Under the pieces are notes generated by a model that saw nothing but the letters and a program-made list of their open reading frames with translations, did no database searches and was not told the DNA's origin. A program made the position numbers and the translations under genes. Shown piece by piece: positions 7,466 through 10,812 of a DNA stretch of 10,812 nucleotides. The DNA comes from a virus. Each line of letters starts with the position of its first letter. Position 1 is the stretch's first letter. The stretch lies in the IMG/VR virus record IMGVR_UViG_3300009780_000660; one strand, given 5' to 3'.

Positions 7466-8083
7466 ATGAGTATGAGAAAAAATGGAGATGGTTTTATACT
7501 TGAAAATGTAGGATATAAATGTGAATGCGGATGTAGTTATTTTTCTGTTATATTAGATAATCTTTATTGTTTTGCTTGTTGTAAGCTTGTCCATGAGTTA
7601 GATGAGTTTGAGCGTTCACACCTACACTATAATTTAAATATTTTTCGTAAAATGAATTTAATAGAATGTGAAAATAAAAAATCAATTTCTAACAATACAA
7701 TTTCTAATAATACAAAACTTTACCATAGAAAACTCAAGTGGCACGATTGTTTCGATAAGCAATCATTTGAAATTATAAAAAATGTTAAAGAAATTTCGTG
7801 CCATGCTTATAATCATATTATAGACAAAAAACAAAAAAGATATAATATAGATTTAGGTAAAATGTGGGATATCATAGAGGATATAAGTCTAGAAAATTGC
7901 AACCCTTTTGAGGTCGAATATGACGAAAATTTAGAGCAAGTAACTAAATGTGTATTGAGACTAAGTTATGACTTCAAAAGAGACATAACCATTGTATTTA
8001 GAGAAGGAGTTATTATAACTTGTTGGCTAAATGATAAAAATGATTTACACAATACTTTAGATGAGAGTAGATATAAAAAATAA
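7466..8083 (+). CDS. Hypothetical protein (205 aa) with N-terminal zinc-ribbon-like motif
   Basis: ATG with GAAAGAGA RBS. YKCECGCSYFSVILDNLYCFACCKLVHELDE matches a CxCGxxxF...YCxxC zinc-ribbon pattern. Confidence 0.8.
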   Translation: MSMRKNGDGFILENVGYKCECGCSYFSVILDNLYCFACCKLVHELDEFERSHLHYNLNIFRKMNLIECENKKSISNNTISNNTKLYHRKLKWHDCFDKQSFEIIKNVKEISCHAYNHIIDKKQKRYNIDLGKMWDIIEDISLENCNPFEVEYDENLEQVTKCVLRLSYDFKRDITIVFREGVIITCWLNDKNDLHNTLDESRYKK

Positions 8084-8090
8084 AAAAATA

Positions 8091-8140
8091 AAAAAACTTT
8101 TCAAAAATACTTGACATTTGTTAAAGCATATGCTATAATA
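8091..8140 (+). promoter_or_regulatory. Sigma-A-type promoter with extended -10, driving the dUTPase gene
   Basis: TTGACA (8111-8116), 17-nt spacer, TGC-TATAAT (TATAAT at 8134-8139). Near-duplicate of the promoter at 1474-1523. Confidence 0.87.
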
Positions 8141-8188
8141 ATATATAGTTAATAACAAATAAAAAAAATATAAGAAAGAGGTAAAAAA

Positions 8189-8803
8189 ATGGCAATTAAA
8201 AAAACAGAAAACAAAGTAGAAACTAAGGTAAATACTCAAGTAGAAACAGTAACACTTCCTTTCACAAAAGAAAAAACCCAAGAAGTAAGAGAAACAAAAT
8301 CAATAGATTTTTGTTGGGCTGTTAGAGATGAAAGAGTAAAAATTCCCGTAAAAAGAGAAAGCGATGCAGGATATGATATATATGCTTTCTTTGAGGAAGA
8401 TTATATAATAATCAATCCAAAACAAAGTAGAATTATAAACACAGGACTATATTCTGCACTACCAGAAAATTATTTTTTAGAATTTAAAGAAAGAAGTTCT
8501 ACTGCGAAATATAACATGGGAATTAGAGCAGGAGTAATTGAGGGAACTTATAGAGGTGAATTATTAGTTTGCATAAGTAATCATAATAATGTGCCATTAG
8601 CAATTGCTAAAGATACAATTACAGAAAAAGAAATTAAACAACAGGTTGCACCTACTACAATTATTTATCCTTATGAAAAAGCAATAACTCAAGGAATTTT
8701 AAGAAAAATAGAGCCAGCACAATTTAGAACAATTCCTTTAGAGGAATTAAAGAAAATGACAACAATTAGAGGAGAGGGTGGTTTTGGAAGTACAGGAAAG
8801 TAA
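8189..8803 (+). CDS. dut: dUTP diphosphatase (trimeric dUTPase family, 204 aa)
   Basis: DAGYDIYAFF (motif 1), KERSSTA (motif 2), GVIEGTYRGELLVCISN (motif 3), AITQGILRKI (motif 4), RGEGGFGSTG (motif 5). RBS AGAAAGAGG upstream. Confidence 0.96.
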   Translation: MAIKKTENKVETKVNTQVETVTLPFTKEKTQEVRETKSIDFCWAVRDERVKIPVKRESDAGYDIYAFFEEDYIIINPKQSRIINTGLYSALPENYFLEFKERSSTAKYNMGIRAGVIEGTYRGELLVCISNHNNVPLAIAKDTITEKEIKQQVAPTTIIYPYEKAITQGILRKIEPAQFRTIPLEELKKMTTIRGEGGFGSTGK

Positions 8804-9122
8804 TAAGAGAAAAAATGAAATTGATAAAAAAATAAGAGAAGTATCTAACTTTAAAATCAAATTAGATATATCTAGTTTAATGATAAGGTTAGATAAAATT
8901 GAAGAAACCTTAAACCAACATTTTAGTTTTATGTCAAATGTTCAAGTAGAAAGAATGTTGAGAGCTTTAGCTAAGACATCTTATCAAATAACAAAAAAAA
9001 TAAACATAAAATTAAAAACAGTTAAACTACAAAATAAAAAAGATTATTTGCATTTTATCTATAGAAGAACTATAAATAAAAAAAATAAGTTAGTAAGAAA
9101 TTATAAAATAAAAACTCAATAA
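8784..9122 (+). CDS. Hypothetical basic, Lys-rich protein overlapping the dUTPase 3' end
   Basis: ORF in a different frame from dut (tracker start GTG 8778). TTG at 8784 is 5 nt after GGAGAGGG and seems the more plausible start. Start uncertain. Confidence 0.5.
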   Translation: MEVQESNKRKNEIDKKIREVSNFKIKLDISSLMIRLDKIEETLNQHFSFMSNVQVERMLRALAKTSYQITKKINIKLKTVKLQNKKDYLHFIYRRTINKKNKLVRNYKIKTQ

Positions 9123-9140
9123 GAGTAGAAGGAATTTATT

Positions 9141-9332
9141 ATGAAAAATAAAAATAAAAATTTAGAAAAATTATATCACTTCGCATTGCCTATATGCCTA
9201 TGCACATTAGGTGGATTAATCACTACAGAGAATAGCACAGGAACTATAGGCGAAATCATAACAGCTATACAAACAATAGTATTTGCTGTTAGTGGCTCAA
9301 TAGTGATTAAACTACAAAACAAAAATAACTAA
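9141..9332 (+). CDS. Small membrane protein (63 aa), two hydrophobic segments
   Basis: ATG with AGAAGGA RBS. FALPICLCTLGGLI and IITAIQTIVFAVSGSIVI hydrophobic stretches. Confidence 0.65.
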   Translation: MKNKNKNLEKLYHFALPICLCTLGGLITTENSTGTIGEIITAIQTIVFAVSGSIVIKLQNKNN

Positions 9333-9347
9333 TTTAAGGAGTATATT

Positions 9348-9944
9348 ATGAAAGAATTAACAAAAGCACAAATTGAAAAAGAAATATTACAAGAGGCTGA
9401 ATACAGCTGTAACTTTACTAAGTCTATGGCAACTGATTTAACAATGAAGCCAATCAAAAACTTAGATGTGTTGTATACAATATTTGGAGAAAAAACAGAT
9501 TTCCTAAATAAAGTAGTTGAGTTTGATGAGAGCGTATACTACGATAAAATGCAATATATTTTTACAAAAAACGAACTAGAAGAAGCAATGGAAGTAACAG
9601 AAGAATTAATAGTGCGAAACCCTATAATGTGTGCTAATGTAATATTAGACACAGTATTATTTAAGGAAACAGGTAAAAACTTTGATTATCAAAATCTAAT
9701 TAAATTACTTAAAAGATTTAATTGGGAATGTTCACTAGGATATGTAGGTATTAAAGATGATGGAGAATATTTATTAGAAAGCCTTAAAGAATACTTAATA
9801 GAAGACACAGGAACAAATGATTTGTTAATTTTATTATTCCAGTTTATTAAAAGAACGCTTCAAGATGATGTAGTAAATAAATGTATTTCCGACACATTGG
9901 GTGGAGAAGAAAATAGAATGTCAATGTCCGAAGATATTAAGTAA
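9348..9944 (+). CDS. Hypothetical protein (198 aa)
   Basis: ATG preceded by AAGGAG. No recognisable domain. Confidence 0.75.
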   Translation: MKELTKAQIEKEILQEAEYSCNFTKSMATDLTMKPIKNLDVLYTIFGEKTDFLNKVVEFDESVYYDKMQYIFTKNELEEAMEVTEELIVRNPIMCANVILDTVLFKETGKNFDYQNLIKLLKRFNWECSLGYVGIKDDGEYLLESLKEYLIEDTGTNDLLILLFQFIKRTLQDDVVNKCISDTLGGEENRMSMSEDIK

Positions 9945-10156
9945 TGTCTCTAAATCAAACAAAAGAAGAAAAATATAAAATCTGGGTAGAATATATTAAT
10001 ATTAAAAATCTACCCAGATTTTTAATAGCAAGTAATGAGAGACGAGAAATATATAATTTATGTAGGATTGAGAATGGGAAAGCAATTAAGACAAATCACA
10101 AAAAGAAAAATCCTTTGGAATTGTATGAAATTGCTGAAAAATTAATCAAAGAATAA
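9944..10156 (+). CDS. Hypothetical small protein (70 aa)
   Basis: ATG overlaps the upstream stop codon (TAATG), consistent with translational coupling. Confidence 0.6.
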   Translation: MSLNQTKEEKYKIWVEYINIKNLPRFLIASNERREIYNLCRIENGKAIKTNHKKKNPLELYEIAEKLIKE

Positions 10157-10186
10157 TTAACAAAATAGAAAGACAAAAGGTATATT

Positions 10187-10812
10187 ATGGAAGTAAGAAT
10201 AACTAATGATTTAACGGATATTTTTAGAAACATAGAAAATGCTGCTAGCAAATGTTATAATAGCACTCCCACAGAAACATTTAAAATACTTCAAAAATGT
10301 ATTAATAGTGGACACGATAGTGTTTTAGAACATAGTCACATCACATTTGAAGTTGATGGTGTGTCAAGAGCTTTATTAGCACAGCTAACTAGACATAGAA
10401 TAGCTTCATTTAGCGTTCAAAGCCAAAGATATGTCAATCAAACCAAAAACAAAGAATGCTTTAATTATGTAATTCCTAAAAGCATTAGAAACACTAAAGA
10501 CACTAGAGTTTTTGACACATACTTTGACTGTATGAGAACTATCAATGAAGCCTATAATAAACTAATAGATTTAAAAATTAACAAAGAAGATGCAAGATAC
10601 GTATTGCCAAATGCTTGTGAAACTAATTTATGTGTCACTATGAATTTAAGAAGTTTTATAAATATGTGCAATGAAAGATTATGCAGCAAAGCTCAAGATG
10701 AGATTAGAGAACTATTTAAAAAAATGAAAATAGAATTTATAGATGAAATATCAAATGGCTTAGATAAAACAGAAGAAATAATAGCAGTTTTAGAAAAAGC
10801 ATTACAACCTAA
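10187..10812 (+). CDS. thyX: Flavin-dependent thymidylate synthase ThyX (3' end truncated by the window)
   Basis: Translated by hand: MEVRITNDLTDIFRNIENAASKCYNSTPTETFKILQKCINSGHDSVLEHSHITFEVDGVSRALLAQLTRHRIASFSVQSQRYVN... It contains the RHRX7S signature (RHRIASFSVQS, 10391-10423) and ARYVLPNACETNLCVTMNLRSFINMCNERLCSKAQDEIR. AAAAGG RBS upstream. No in-frame stop before the window end. Confidence 0.96.
   Translation, partial: MEVRITNDLTDIFRNIENAASKCYNSTPTETFKILQKCINSGHDSVLEHSHITFEVDGVSRALLAQLTRHRIASFSVQSQRYVNQTKNKECFNYVIPKSIRNTKDTRVFDTYFDCMRTINEAYNKLIDLKINKEDARYVLPNACETNLCVTMNLRSFINMCNERLCSKAQDEIRELFKKMKIEFIDEISNGLDKTEEIIAVLEKALQP

Noticed and set aside
8057-8281. Minus-strand 74-aa ORF, hydrophobic
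   Set aside because: Overlaps the well-supported dUTPase promoter and gene start. The low-complexity FFF/YYY composition comes from poly-A/T tracts, so it is not a convincing membrane protein.
1-10812. CRISPR arrays, tRNAs, transposons or toxin-antitoxin and defence modules
   Set aside because: No regularly spaced direct repeats, cloverleaf-like segment, transposase or integrase motif, or recognisable defence enzyme seen by eye. A computational scan (tRNAscan-SE, CRISPR finder, DefenseFinder) would be needed for a definitive negative.

Overview
This is a very AT-rich window in which every supported gene is on the + strand, and it looks like an early/middle module of a Firmicute-type phage or prophage. 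Confidently recognised from motifs are a UvrD/PcrA-like SF1 helicase (1562..3502), a trimeric-type dUTPase (8189..8803), and a flavin-dependent thymidylate synthase ThyX (10187 to the window end, truncated and absent from the supplied ORF track). The most notable gene is a 906-aa ORF (4009..6729) with the signatures of the two-barrel (double-psi beta-barrel) RNA polymerase superfamily in its single-chain YonO/QDE-1-like form. These are a DPBB1-like SDGFGIATPEL...LRNAYLKGMV block and a catalytic-type NGLDKDGDLMMTTD (DxDGD) block. It is flanked by small uncharacterised ORFs, one of them winged-helix-like, directly downstream of the helicase. Three sigma-A-type promoters are visible. Two of them are near-identical copies sharing a 28-bp upstream block (26/28) and a 13-bp extended -10 block (13/13). 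Two inverted repeats lie in the leader before the first ORF. No tRNA, rRNA, CRISPR array, transposase, integrase or virion structural gene was recognised.
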